From Diplonema japonicum (Eukaryota > Protista > Euglenozoa: Diplonemea), in NCBI GenBank assembly GCA_964019335.1, contig OZ025650.1, positions 620,001 through 684,000 on the forward strand: a stretch of DNA of 64,000 bases, given 5' to 3'. Position numbers and translations under genes: made by a program. This document shows positions 12,201 through 23,112 of this stretch, in pieces. The notes below the pieces were generated by a model. That model did not search any database, was not told the origin of the DNA, and was given only the letters and a program-made list of their open reading frames with translations. Within the stretch, counting starts at the first letter, position 1. Each line of letters starts with the position of its first letter.

Positions 12201-12947
12201 GCCATGCAAACACCACCCACACCACACCCCACAGCCAAGCAGCACATCACGGACTACGACATTACCGTCTTCACTGAGTCTTGGATGGAGTTCGACCCCA
12301 AGGGACTAGGATACATCCCGAAGTATGCAAACACAGTGTAATGCACCACATGCAGGCACCAACTGTCGAGCTTCACTTTGTCTTTGTTTAAGAATAACTG
12401 CAGCATTGCCGTCGACAGCTGTTTCCATCCAGTGGAGTTCAGCATGCGTTACAAGGCGCTGCTGTACGAGCTGGACCTCTTAGCATCGGAGAAGGGGAAA
12501 AATGCGAAGTTTCAATTCTTGTTTAGGAAGACAGCGCCCGATGCTGGAGTGCCGGTGGCGCACTTCGAGGATGTGCTGATGGTGATGTGCCGGGCGTACC
12601 ACGGGTTCCCAGGGCTGTCCTTTGACGAGTTGAATGAGAGGGCAGGGAAGGAAGTCTTCTGGGAAGTGTGTCTTGGTGTTGGGGTACTAGCGAGAGCAAC
12701 CAAGCAGTACTTAGGGCTCAAGAAGGCAAAACAACAAGTGAACAACCCAGAGAAGTGGGCAGCACTGGAGCGCATCAGAAGCAGACTACAGGTCATACAG
12801 CAGGCCATCACAGCAACGCAGCAAGAACGGCTGCAGGTGCTCTATGCCCAGTACGCTAGGGCACGCTATGAGCTCGAGGACCGCCCTACAGACGATGCTG
12901 CAGGGCACTCCTCTGCGTGGACGAGTGAGCTAGAGTATGCAATATAA
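6268..12947 (+). CDS. Four-domain voltage-gated cation channel alpha subunit (Cav/Nav superfamily); exons 6268-10407, 10443-10578, 10619-12196, 12235-12322, 12356-12947; 2177 aa
   Basis: Four 6-TM repeats with Arg/Lys S4 helices (LRVFRAIKPLR, LRFLRAFRLLRLVR, VKALRPLRL, ARIFRIGRIFR), WN.(L/F)D motifs, four pore loops and a C-terminal EF-hand-like WMEFDPKGLGYI. Four GT-AG introns give 6534 nt in frame. Confidence 0.93.
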
Positions 12948-13129
12948 TAATAATAAAGCAATGATCATAGGCGCGTACCCCGTGAGGGAGCTTGGAGCCC
13001 CATCAGTCTTGCGTCTGTGTACAGCCCCCCCTGCAGGATGGCCGACTACCAAGCTGGACAGCAACTTCTGGTCAAGCGTCGGTCTTCGTCTTTCAGGCTT
13101 TGAGAGCTACAGGTAGTCACTGCGTGATC

Positions 13130-14650
13130 TTTTGAAAAAAAGATCTTCTTCTCCTTCCTCGATTTCTCCTATTTGCTCTCCCCTTTCCCGACTCTGTTTT
13201 TGTTTTGCTTTTTCAAAAGGCCAACTTTGTGACTTATCTTCCCCGTTTTAGTCTTTTTTTCTTTTTTTTGAAACCGATATAAAAAAAAAAGAGAATGAGA
13301 GACATTCCTCATGGGGGTGGTTTCCAGACTTGCCAAGGTACTGTTTTAAGGAGAAACACAACAAGTGTAAACCATGAGAACGCTTCAGACCAAAAATACG
13401 CAAAAAAAAAAAAAAAAAAAAAAAAATAGAATTTGTCGCGTTCATGTTGTGCTTTCTTCTTTTTTTAGTTCTCTTTTTTCTCTCCCATCTGCACTTTTTT
13501 TGACGAAAAGTTTAGATGTTCTGTTCTAGTCGCTTGCGTTGGGACAAAAAAATGGAATTTTTTAGGTCATGCCAAATGTCGTGTTTATGCAGAACAAGAG
13601 AAACACAGAGATAGAGACGAACTTGGTAACAAACCCTCCTTTCTTTTTTCTTTTAGTACTTTGTGTGTGTTTGCATTCCTTTCTCCTTTATCTGAGAAAA
13701 AAGAATGGTTGTTTTTGATGCTGTCATCGAAAAACCCAACGAATATTTTCAAAGGTATCATGATGAGTAAGTTCCCTTTTTTTTTTAAAAAAAAGGAAAG
13801 GCTCGTGTCTCTCTATTCCCCTATGGATTTGTGTTTTTTTTTCATTTTTCTCTTAGTTGCCTCTGTAGATGCTTCTGTTCTGAATTTGAATATCTTTCAA
13901 AAAAAAAACTGCCAGCTTCCCCCCACTTTTTTTTCCCCCGAGGAAATAAAAAAAGAGGAATGGAAAAAAAAAATGGGGGGAAAATAACAGGAAGAAGGGA
14001 TTTTAAAAAAAAAGTTCCTTTAATTTCCCGTCCCCCGCCCCCTTTCCCCCCCGTGTGGAGGGAAATGTGGAGAAATTTATGGGAAGGTATAATGTTTTCA
14101 ATTTACTGTGAAGTGAATGATGTTGGAATGGCAAATTATCGGACGACAAAAAAAAAAAAAAAAAAAAAAAAACGGGGAAAAAAAGGAGGGGAAAAAAACT
14201 CCTAGACAGGAAATTGTCCAGTTTGACAAATTCCTGGACGCTGGAAAAGAAACTGAACGGAAAAAAAAAAGAGAAAAAAAAGAGAGCCTCAGACGTTCGT
14301 CAATCCAGTACTTATCATTTAAGGGTTTTTTAAATGTCCTTTTTTTTAAAATACTTTTATTGTTTCAAAAAACAGCCGATTTTTCGCGAACACTTCACTT
14401 TTTTTCCTTCTCTTTTTTTTTTCTTTTTTCTCGAGCAGAAAATCAAATATAAAAAAAGTGGGGGGGGAATGGGTAAACAAAAAAAAACCTCTTTTTTTTT
14501 TCTCTCTCTCTTACTTTGTCAGTTCATTTATTTCTTTTCTCCTTCTTTATTTTTTTTTTCCTTTTTTGGTCTCAGTTGTCGTTGGTATCTTTCTGGTTCT
14601 TTTAAAAAAAAAAATCTATTATTTTTTTTTTTTTGATCTTCGCTTCAAAA
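13130..14650. repeat. Low-complexity spacer with long A, T, C and G homopolymer runs
   Basis: Runs up to ~25 nt; ORFs here are Phe/Lys low-complexity artefacts. Confidence 0.85.
13917..13982. repeat. Near-perfect ~20-bp inverted repeat built from homopolymer runs
   Basis: ttccccccacttttttttcc (13917-13936) versus ggaaaaaaaaaatggggggaa (13962-13982). Confidence 0.75.
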
Positions 14651-14678
14651 TGAATACCACCACCACCCCCAAAGAGAC

Positions 14679-14972
14679 ATGTACTGGGATGCCAAAGATG
14701 TTACTAGCCTATTACTACTAATCCCGGAGATGGAAGCAGAGCTGAAAGAAAAACAGCAGAAAGTGAATGCGTTGAAAGAGTCCGTGATGGCGATTCAGCA
14801 AGGTGGCAAAGGAAAAGATGTATTCTCAGGAAACGGTGTAATGTTCAAGGTGGATGGCGAAAAAGAATTGAAACGGCTTCAAGAAAAACTGAGCCGGGAG
14901 GAAAAAGAACTGGGGGAAATGAAGAAACGGCTGGAGGCAACGGTCAAAACACAGATGAAAAAGAAAAAATAG
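14679..14972 (+). CDS. Small coiled-coil protein, prefoldin-like architecture
   Basis: 97-aa complex-sequence ORF inside low-complexity DNA; helix, beta-hairpin-like segment (KDVFSGNGVMFKVD), helix. Confidence 0.6.
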   Translation: MYWDAKDVTSLLLLIPEMEAELKEKQQKVNALKESVMAIQQGGKGKDVFSGNGVMFKVDGEKELKRLQEKLSREEKELGEMKKRLEATVKTQMKKKK

Positions 14973-15072
14973 TCAGTATTTTTTTTTTTTTTTTTTTTTT
15001 TCCCTAAAAAAAAAAAAAAAAAAGAGCGGGTATATATAAATAATAATATAAAAAAAAATAAAAAAAGAAACA

Positions 15073-15943
15073 ATGGATATTGTACACGACTTCATATGCG
15101 ACGTTGCACAGCCATTCTTCCCTGATTATGTCGATAAGGAATCATGGAAAACACAAGCTGTAGTTTACTACCTTATCCTGTCCGTCGGGGGTGCCTTCTT
15201 CTACCTGTTTTTTGCGAGCATCAGTTTCTACCATAGTTTTGTGTTCAAAAGGGAAAAGTACTACCCCGAGTCACTCAATGACGTCGATATCTACAAACAA
15301 GCAAAAACAGAAATCGGAATCGCCCTGTCGTCACTGTGGAAAATGGGATTCTTAATGTGGCCCGGTGCATTCTTCTCCCACAGGGGGTACAGCAAAATAT
15401 ACAAAAAGTGGCCTGAAACGGGTTCGGAATGGCAGTATTTCGTGCTAAGCAACATTGCGTTTTTGTTATTCACAGATTTCCTGATATACTGGGCGCATAG
15501 GGGTCTGCACCACCCGTGGTTATACAGGAGAATCCACAAGTTGCACCATGCGTACCAATATACTACTCCGTTTTCATCGCATGCTTTCCACCCTGTTGAT
15601 GGTTTTGCTCAGGGTTCGCCTTACTACATGTTTGTGTATTTGGTGCCTTTTAACAACATTCAATTCTTGATCATGTTTGTGGTGGTGAACATGTGGACCA
15701 TTAACATCCACGATCAAGTTGACTTCGGCAACAAACTCCTCTCTAGCACAGGCCACCACACAATCCACCATGCCGATTTCTGGTACAACTACGGGCAGTA
15801 TACTACCTTCTGGGACAGACTGTGCGGGACTTATATGCCTGCAGTTCAAACGCATAATTGGGTATGGTTACATGGGGCAAAAAAAAAAAAAAAAAATACA
15901 GAATGACGGATCTCGGGTTGTTACTTCCAAAAAAGTGGAATAG
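15073..15943 (+). CDS. ERG3: Sterol C5-desaturase (lathosterol oxidase); exons 15073-15861, 15902-15943; 276 aa
   Basis: His boxes HRGLH, HKLHH, HTIHH; TPFSSHAFHPVDG; NYGQYTTFWDR. Removing intron 15862-15901 gives C-terminal KKVE, a KKxx ER-retrieval signal. Confidence 0.93.
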
Positions 15944-16127
15944 AAAAAAAAAAAGAAAAAAAAAAAAAAAAAAAAAAAAAGTGGAGTACGAAATAAATTG
16001 GATTTATCCATTAATGGGATGGAAGCAACACAATGTTTTCATGCCCTCTCCCTTATCTTGATTTTCTTTTGTCGGGGGGGATTTTTTTTTTCGTTTTTTG
16101 AAAAAAGGAAGACTAACAAAGAAATAT

Positions 16128-16301
16128 AAAAAAGTACGAAACAAGGAAAACAAAAAGAAAGAGACGGGGGGGGGGGGGGGGTGTCGTAGAACAAGATTTT
16201 AAATTGAAATTGAAACAATTTAAAAAAAATAGGAATTCCTCCCCCCCCCCCCCCCCCCCGCCTGTTCTTCTTTGTTTTCTTACCCCCCTTCGAACTTTTT
16301 T
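16128..16301. repeat. Long imperfect inverted repeat (nested fold-back)
   Basis: Nested arms: aaaaaagtacgaa / ttcgaactttttt; gaaaacaaa / tttgttttc; G16 (16166-16181) / C19 (16241-16259); perfect ttttaaattg / caatttaaaa (16197-16225). Confidence 0.7.
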
Positions 16302-16829
16302 CTCTCTCGTTTTTTCCCCCTTTTTTGTGTTCTGTGATGACATCGTGCCTCATCCCTTAGGGGGATTTGCAACAGTTTTTTGTTTTTAAAAACTTTTTTT
16401 TTAGCCACTGCCCGAAATCGGGGAAACACCTTATGATTATGGAGTTGGAAACAAAAAGAAAAAGGAATGCAAGGGGGAAAAAAAAAAGGCTGATCTTGTG
16501 ATTTGGATTTAACCTTAAGGTTTCTAAATACTTTTAGATAAACGACTCACCCCCAAAGAGGTGAGAAAGCAATCCCTTCCTTCCGTCACTTTTTCTCTCC
16601 TTTGTAATCTACCTTTCTCACGTGTATGTTTACCAGAGCTCATTGGTTTCAGCCAAAGCTCACTTGACAGGAGGTGCTGGGTTTTATCTTCCTTTTTTCT
16701 TTTTTCTTTTTATGCCTCGGGTGTGCCTCCTGTTGACGATCTTTTTGGACCCCCATCCAAAGGGACACACCCCACTGCTTGTGGCGTATGCCACGCTTGC
16801 ATGATTCCTTTCCCCCTTGTCCATTCACC

Positions 16830-17790
16830 GCTAAGCTCCAGTTGTCGTACCTTGTCTTTCCTCGTTAACTTGGATGAAGAAAATGATGTGCAGAAGTGTG
16901 TGCTTAAAGCAACAAGATAGGACTACTTTTGCAAGCAAGGGCTACACAGGATTTCAACAATATGATGTTAAAGAGGGTTGAAGTCCCAGCTGCAAGAACT
17001 AAAAAAGTTATCGAGTCATCGGCTGGTCCTGCTGGTTGCAGTTGATGAAACACAAGAACTTGATAGCATGATCTCCCCGGACGAAAGAGAAGGAAGAGGT
17101 GGTGCACGCATGGCACTTCGCTACCTCCGCACGCTGCCGGAAACGCTGTTTGAAAGCGACACCTTAATCCTCCCAATTGCAACGGGGCTCACAGTTACAT
17201 AGAGTTGAAGAGCTATTTACTAGATGACTGTAAAAACCTCCCGTCGCCACCCACAGACATTCAACTGAAAGATGAAGCCAGCTGTTTTGAAGCGTCAGCG
17301 TTTCAACTGCTTGTTGACCTTATCGCAATCTTCGGCAACAACTTTGGTGAGTTGAAAGATGACACAAAGGTGCTCTGACTGGATTGGGAACTCAATGCCT
17401 GCTAAAAGCTGATATACTTGGTGGGAGAGTCTGCCACCCGTTTGCAGGTTCTGGGGGCACTCTCAACTCGGACATAGCAAAGGCCTGTCTCCAGAAGCAG
17501 AAGCTCTGATAAAAGAACTCCGAAAGGCAGGGGACGGGGTTCTCATGCATTGCGGGGAGGGACCACTAGATTTCATCCTCGTAGTACAAAGTGAAGAGAA
17601 CAGCTACATGTGCGTTATGCAGATGTCAAACACACGACGGCGAAAACGGCCGATCTTGCAAAACTTCGTGACACAGTGGAGAAGAACGTAGATCCGGCCC
17701 TGCGCAAGCTTCTTGGCGGCACGTTCGAACTTCAACCATCCACAGATGACCAGAGTTTCGCTGAAACCACCACTCTTGTTCCCCCGGAAA
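16830..17790 (+). pseudogene. Decayed P-loop NTPase plus PD-(D/E)xK nuclease gene (Crinkler/RHS-like architecture)
   Basis: Walker-B-like LVLLVAVDETQEL and a downstream strand LILPIATG; later PLDFILVV-(frameshift ~17600)-LHVRYADVKHT. Multiple stops and frameshifts; Walker A not found. Confidence 0.6.
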
Positions 17791-17972
17791 GAAAAAAAGA
17801 AAACCTTTACCTAACTCCACCTCTACTCTATAGTATGCACACAGGTTGTCACCTTGTTTCCCCCCCTTTTCCCCAAGCAGCTCTTTTTATATTAATATGT
17901 TTCTTCTGACTTACTAATCAAAGGAAGGGCGGGGGAGGCAAAAAAAAAAAAAAAAAACCGACAAAATAAAAT

Positions 17973-20393
17973 ATGCCTCCTAAAAAAGATGGAAAACGAA
18001 AGCGAGAAGAGACAAAGGAAACGGAACAACAGAAGAAACAAAAGAGCGGGACAGTGGGGGGTGCAACGGCAGGGCCGTGGGACAAGCTAGCGGTGAAGAT
18101 CACTGACGCGAGCAAGGGCTTCTTGGAAGAGGTCAAAGGTTTCTCAACTATGGCACCGGTGCAGGCCAGTGTCATCCCGCAAATGCTGAAGGGGAAGGAT
18201 GTGGTGGTGGAGGCCGTGACAGGGAGCGGCAAGACCCTGGCTTTCCTGATCCCTATCTTTGAGATGATCATGACAAAGGACGACATCCGTGACGCAGTGA
18301 AGGCAGACTCTAAGTCCGCTGTAGCCCTTATCATAGAGCCGACGAGAGAGCTAGCCATCCAAGTGGAGCGCGAGGCAAAGGAGTACGCAGAACACGTCTT
18401 AAGCAAAACAGAACTCGACATTCGAGTGAACACCTTCATCGGTGGGCGTGACGCTGCACGCGATGTTGCTTCGTACAAAAAGCAAGGCGCAAACGTGTTA
18501 GTAGGGACACCCGGCCGCCTCTACGAAGTGCTCGTCTTGGGGATCAACGGGATCGGCATCAAGTGCAGCGACATCGAAGTCCTCATCATGGACGAGGCCG
18601 ATCGTCTTCTCTCGCATGGTTTCAGCATCAAGCTTGACGCCATTCTGCAAAGGATCCCCTTGCAGCGCCGTACAGGCCTCTTCAGCGCCACGCAAACCAA
18701 CGAAGTGAAGGAACTAATCCGTGTCGGGATGCGCAACCCTGTCATGGTCCGCGTGCAGGTCAAGAAGAAAGACGCCGCCACCTCCACCAAGAAGACCATG
18801 CAGGTCCCCGACACCATCGACAACTACTACCGTATCATCAAGCCCAGCCTGAAGCTCGAGGCCTTCGGTGCCTTCCTCCGCAAGCATGCCGACAAGAAGG
18901 TCATTGCGTACTTCCTCACATGCGCTAGTGTCGACTTCGCTCTTCGTTCCATGAAGGTGGGCATGGGTGAGGAGCTTGAAGCGGCAGGCGTGCAGCTGCA
19001 TCCCCTACACGGACAGATGCCTCTTCAGAGACGGAAGAAGCTCTTCAAGGACTTCCGGTCGGCCACTGGAGGGTCTGTGCTGCTGTGCACGGATGTGGCT
19101 GCGCGTGGTTTGGATGTGTCGGACATCGACTATGTGATCCAACTGGACGCACCCACCGACCCCGCCACCTTCGTGCACCGGATAGGGCGAACAGCCAGGA
19201 TGGGTAGGAAGGGTGTGTCGATGATCTACCTATCGCCCTCTGAGGCCTCCTACATCGACTACCTCAGGCTGCAGAAGGTGGACGTGCAGCACGACGACAC
19301 TCCCGACGGCTTCGAGACAGAGTCGGAAGATGAGTCCTCAGATGAGGAGGACGAGGAAGAGGCCAGCGACGAGGGGGAAGAAGTGCCCGTAGAAGAGAAG
19401 AAGGCGGAAACAGACAAGTCCAAGGTGCTGCACAACCCAAAGGGTGCCATCCGGTTCAGGATAAAAGTCGCCTCTCACGGCATGCGCGAGAAGATGAACC
19501 GCTTCCGTGCCAAGCGGGGCAAGGGGCGCAAAGAGGTGCAGCAGGTGGTGGTCGGCAAGCCGTCAGAGTCGCAGTTCGTCTACAAGGTGAGGAAGGCCGT
19601 GTGCACGGACAGGACCCTCACAGACATCGCTGCTAAGGCTTTTGTGACGTGGGTGCGGGCGTACCGTGACCACCACCTGCGGTACGTCTTCAAGTTGGGG
19701 AAGATCGATGTGGTGGACCTGTGCCATGCACACGGGCTTATCAAGCTGCCGAAGATGCCGGAGCTGCAGCACGTTGCCAACGCGCTGCTCCCGATGGAGG
19801 AGGAGTTCTACAGTGTCAACCCAAAGAACATCAAGTGCGCGTCGGAAGAGGAAGAGGGCAAACGACAGGAGCGGTTGAAGGTGAAGGCGGAGAAGGAGGC
19901 GCTGAAGAAGGAGGAGAAGATGTCCGAGCGAAACAGAATGAGGGAGCAAGTGAAGGACGACAAGACCATCGGGAAGAGGAAGAAGAAGGAACTGTGGAAC
20001 AAGATGGAGCTTGACGAGCTGAACGAGGATGCTAGGCTGCTGAAGAAGCTGAGGGCGGGGAAGATCACAGAGGCGGAGTACGCAAAGGCGAGTGGCGAGG
20101 ACGAGCTAGAGTTCTCGATGCTGCCGGCAAAGGACAAGGCCAAGATGCGGGCAAAGAAAGAAGCTGAGAGGAAGAAGAGGGAGGAGGAAGAGGCCGAGAT
20201 GCTGCACGAAGTTGCATCCTCATCAGACGAGGAACCCATGGACATGGACCAAGACAGCAGTGACGATGCCAGCGTGGCCAGCGAAGCAGAAGAAGCGCCT
20301 GTGAAGATCCCTGACGGTGTCGACAAGTCTGCCAGTGGCCATGCCCCAGCGGCGTGGATTGCTATGATTAAGAGGAAAATGGGACAGAAGTGA
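17973..20393 (+). CDS. SPB4: DEAD-box RNA helicase Spb4/DDX55 (60S biogenesis)
   Basis: Q motif MAPVQA, EAVTGSGKTLAF, PTRELA, TPGRL, MDEADRLL, FSAT, TDVAARGLD, HRIGRTAR; Spb4-type C-terminal extension AFVTWVRAY..H and GLIKLPKMPEL. Confidence 0.93.
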   Translation: MPPKKDGKRKREETKETEQQKKQKSGTVGGATAGPWDKLAVKITDASKGFLEEVKGFSTMAPVQASVIPQMLKGKDVVVEAVTGSGKTLAFLIPIFEMIMTKDDIRDAVKADSKSAVALIIEPTRELAIQVEREAKEYAEHVLSKTELDIRVNTFIGGRDAARDVASYKKQGANVLVGTPGRLYEVLVLGINGIGIKCSDIEVLIMDEADRLLSHGFSIKLDAILQRIPLQRRTGLFSATQTNEVKELIRVGMRNPVMVRVQVKKKDAATSTKKTMQVPDTIDNYYRIIKPSLKLEAFGAFLRKHADKKVIAYFLTCASVDFALRSMKVGMGEELEAAGVQLHPLHGQMPLQRRKKLFKDFRSATGGSVLLCTDVAARGLDVSDIDYVIQLDAPTDPATFVHRIGRTARMGRKGVSMIYLSPSEASYIDYLRLQKVDVQHDDTPDGFETESEDESSDEEDEEEASDEGEEVPVEEKKAETDKSKVLHNPKGAIRFRIKVASHGMREKMNRFRAKRGKGRKEVQQVVVGKPSESQFVYKVRKAVCTDRTLTDIAAKAFVTWVRAYRDHHLRYVFKLGKIDVVDLCHAHGLIKLPKMPELQHVANALLPMEEEFYSVNPKNIKCASEEEEGKRQERLKVKAEKEALKKEEKMSERNRMREQVKDDKTIGKRKKKELWNKMELDELNEDARLLKKLRAGKITEAEYAKASGEDELEFSMLPAKDKAKMRAKKEAERKKREEEEAEMLHEVASSSDEEPMDMDQDSSDDASVASEAEEAPVKIPDGVDKSASGHAPAAWIAMIKRKMGQK

Positions 20394-20707
20394 GGTTTCC
20401 CCCCCCCCCTTTTTTTCAAATTTCCCTCTTTTTTTTCCCCTTGTTAGTTATTATTTGCAAAAAAAAAAAAGCAATTTTTGGGGTATTACGTGAATTATCT
20501 CTTTTTCTTTTTCTTCTTCTTCTTCTTCTGCTACACTACCAACCATCACAGTATCTTCTTTTTTTTTTGTTTCCCCATTAGTATAGTTCGTATCATTTGT
20601 ACGTTTTCTTCTTTTTTTTTTGTTTACCCTTCTTTCCTCGTCAACCAATTACTATTAGTTTCAATATTTGAAAACAAAAAAAAAAAAAAAAAAAAAAAAA
20701 ACAAAAA

Positions 20708-21106
20708 ATGGGTAAGGTGTCAGGAGACTGCAAGAACCTGTGGTGCGTGTGCGTGACTCGTGAAAATTGCGGGAACAAGATCTGTATGAAACTGCATATC
20801 GATGATGAAGAGGCACCCAAGGCATCGGTGATGGTTCCTGTGGAGGTGCTGGATGCATTTGCTGCAAAAACACACAAGTGGCTAAGCACGACAGAGAAGA
20901 AAAATTTGTGGGCTTTCGGTAAGGCGCTTAGCAAGATTGATGTCAATATCTGCCTTCAGGACAGAAAGGCCTTGGACATTAAATCTCTCCTCGACACTAT
21001 AGTTTCTCACCTCACTTTTCTTCCCATGAACACGCTTTCACCTGTTCTAAGAAAGTGTCTTGTTCTCTTTTGTGAGTGGATTTGCAAGGACACAGGTAAG
21101 AAATAA
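20708..21106 (+). CDS. Small hypothetical protein with N-terminal CCCH-type zinc finger (C-x7-C-x4-C-x3-H) and helical C-domain; paralog of 22780-23112
   Basis: Complex-sequence ORF in low-complexity flanks; CVCVTRENCGNKICMKLH; visible alignment to the 22780 ORF. Confidence 0.75.
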   Translation: MGKVSGDCKNLWCVCVTRENCGNKICMKLHIDDEEAPKASVMVPVEVLDAFAAKTHKWLSTTEKKNLWAFGKALSKIDVNICLQDRKALDIKSLLDTIVSHLTFLPMNTLSPVLRKCLVLFCEWICKDTGKK

Positions 21107-22779
21107 ATAAATAAAAAAAATAGGAAAGAGAAAAAAAAAGAAAAAAGAAAAAAAAAGTTTTTTTTTTTGCCCCACCTCCTCTCTTTTGCTGTGAACTGTC
21201 ATGCCGACCTTTTAATACAAAGGAGTGAATTATGAAGAGGGGAAAAAAAAAGAAAAAAAAGAGGAGGGAAAAAAAAAATAAAGAGGAAAAAGGGGGAGGG
21301 GGGGAAGAAATAAAAGAAGAAGTTTGGAGGAGATTGTCTGAAACACCTTTCTTTCATCTTCATTTCAATTCTTTTTTTTTTCTTCTTCTCTTCCGTCACT
21401 TATTTCTCTTTGTTTTTCTCTTTTTTTTTCTCCTTTTTTTTTCTTCTGGCTTCAATATTCTAGGCAAGATATCGAGGGTGGGGTGGTGGGCAAAAATGTA
21501 GTTTTTTTTTTTAACTCTACAAGTTCATATTTACACGATACTCGCTCAACAGAAAACTAAAAAAAAAAAGTCTGTTGGTTATATTGGTTTTTTTTTTTTT
21601 CTCCTTTTTTTTTTCTTGTATATTTTTCGCTTCTAAATCTAGTAAACGGAGGAAACTCACTTTTTCCTTCTTAATGCAAGAACAAGTGCCTATGATTTGT
21701 CTAAACAACAAGGGGGGGAAAAAAAGAGAATTTCTACACAAGTATCTCTTTCCTCCCTTTATTTCTTTTCATTCAAGTTTCTTCTCAAGTAGGCCGCTTG
21801 GCCTTCCCCCCCCATTTATTTAGGATGGCATATGTGACTAGCATTGTAACCTGCTATTACCCCCACTTTTATTATTTCGTGTTAAAAGTTTTTTTATCCA
21901 GCTCAAAAAGCATCCGTATCATCAGAAAACTCTATCTCTTCCCTCCGTGCCCCCTTTTTATTTTTTTTTTCTCCCTCTCCATCTACACTATACGCACGTC
22001 TTTAAAAAAGAAAAAGTTGTTTTGATGTTTTAGGTTTAAACCTATTTGCGCATCATCTTTTTTTTTTTTTTCCCCTCCATTGTGTTAAATCTTTTTCCCT
22101 TTTCTTTTTGTTTTTTTTTAAAAAAAAAAATATTTTATTCATTCCTTCATTCCCTCCTTATTTATTTTATAGACACTTCACCTTTCCTCAATTGGTGGAT
22201 GCTTCTCCTCCTCCTCCCTCTTCCTTGTCTGACTTGTGTGCGCCTTCCTGAAATATCTTCTTTTCTGGAAGAACATTGCATGACTTGATCAGACAAATCT
22301 TTTTTGAAAAAGGGTTGTGAGAGGGGGTGGGGAAGACAAAAAAAAAAAGAGAAAAGAAAGGAAAATGCTGGAAAATGAATTTTTTATTTTACTGCAACAC
22401 GATAAATTACCGGAAGGAAAAGGGCTTCTGGACATTTTCCCTTCCGGTGCATTTTTTTTTTCTTGACACCAATTTAAAGGACCCAGGGCTACCTCTACCC
22501 TGTCCCAAGAAATGCCTGCTGCATGTTTCCCTGAAGAACTTATGTTTCTGTGGCAAGAGTTTTTAAAGGAATGGGCAAGCTACGTTACGCCCTGCTTGCC
22601 TGCTAGCTTGCTTGCTGCCCTTGCAGCCTTGCAGTGCGCTCGGCCAGGGCTTCCGGAGCATTTTCCCTTCCGGTGATTTTCGTTTTACAGTATTCTATTT
22701 TTTATTATTGATCCCCCCCCACCCCCCATTGTTAAAAAGAAGAAAACACCAAAACAGATAACAAAACACTTTAAAAAAA

Positions 22780-23112
22780 ATGAAACTCATCGCTGAAGTC
22801 ATGTGCAGGAAGAGTTTGTCGTCGAGACGCTGCGAGTGTGCTCTTCCCCACTTGGATACTGTGGACGGCAGGGTCCCGCTAGACCTGATTGTAGAGTTTG
22901 AGCGCCATGTCACACGAAAAGTCAGGTCATCAAAGTCATGCACAGTGGCATCTTTGATGCGTGAAATATCTTATGTCGTAAATGTGAGTTCTCTTAAGAC
23001 AGGTGACCTCAGATGTCTTGTGAACACGCTGGCCACCCACTTGAGGCACCTCCCAGCCGAGTCGCTTTCAGTATCCATGCGTGCTGTCCTTCACACTCTT
23101 GTGGCATTGTGA
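22780..23112 (+). CDS. Small hypothetical protein, paralog of 20708-21106, with degenerate CCCH-like N-terminus
   Basis: CRKSLSSRRCECALPH; DLRCLVNTLATHLRHLPAESLS aligns with DIKSLLDTIVSHLTFLPMNTLS; candidate acceptor ttttcgttttacag ends at 22690. Confidence 0.75.
   Translation: MKLIAEVMCRKSLSSRRCECALPHLDTVDGRVPLDLIVEFERHVTRKVRSSKSCTVASLMREISYVVNVSSLKTGDLRCLVNTLATHLRHLPAESLSVSMRAVLHTLVAL

Noticed and set aside
15862-15906. Poly-Lys C-terminus of the ERG3 ORF (likewise 55139-55208 in the giant ORF)
   Set aside because: Read-through into A-rich introns; splicing gives more plausible ends (KKVE; CDKCMLPRE).
21096-21123. Possible terminal intron (gtaag...atag) in the 20708 gene
   Set aside because: The donor differs from the local GTRTG consensus and downstream sequence is homopolymeric, so it is unsupported.
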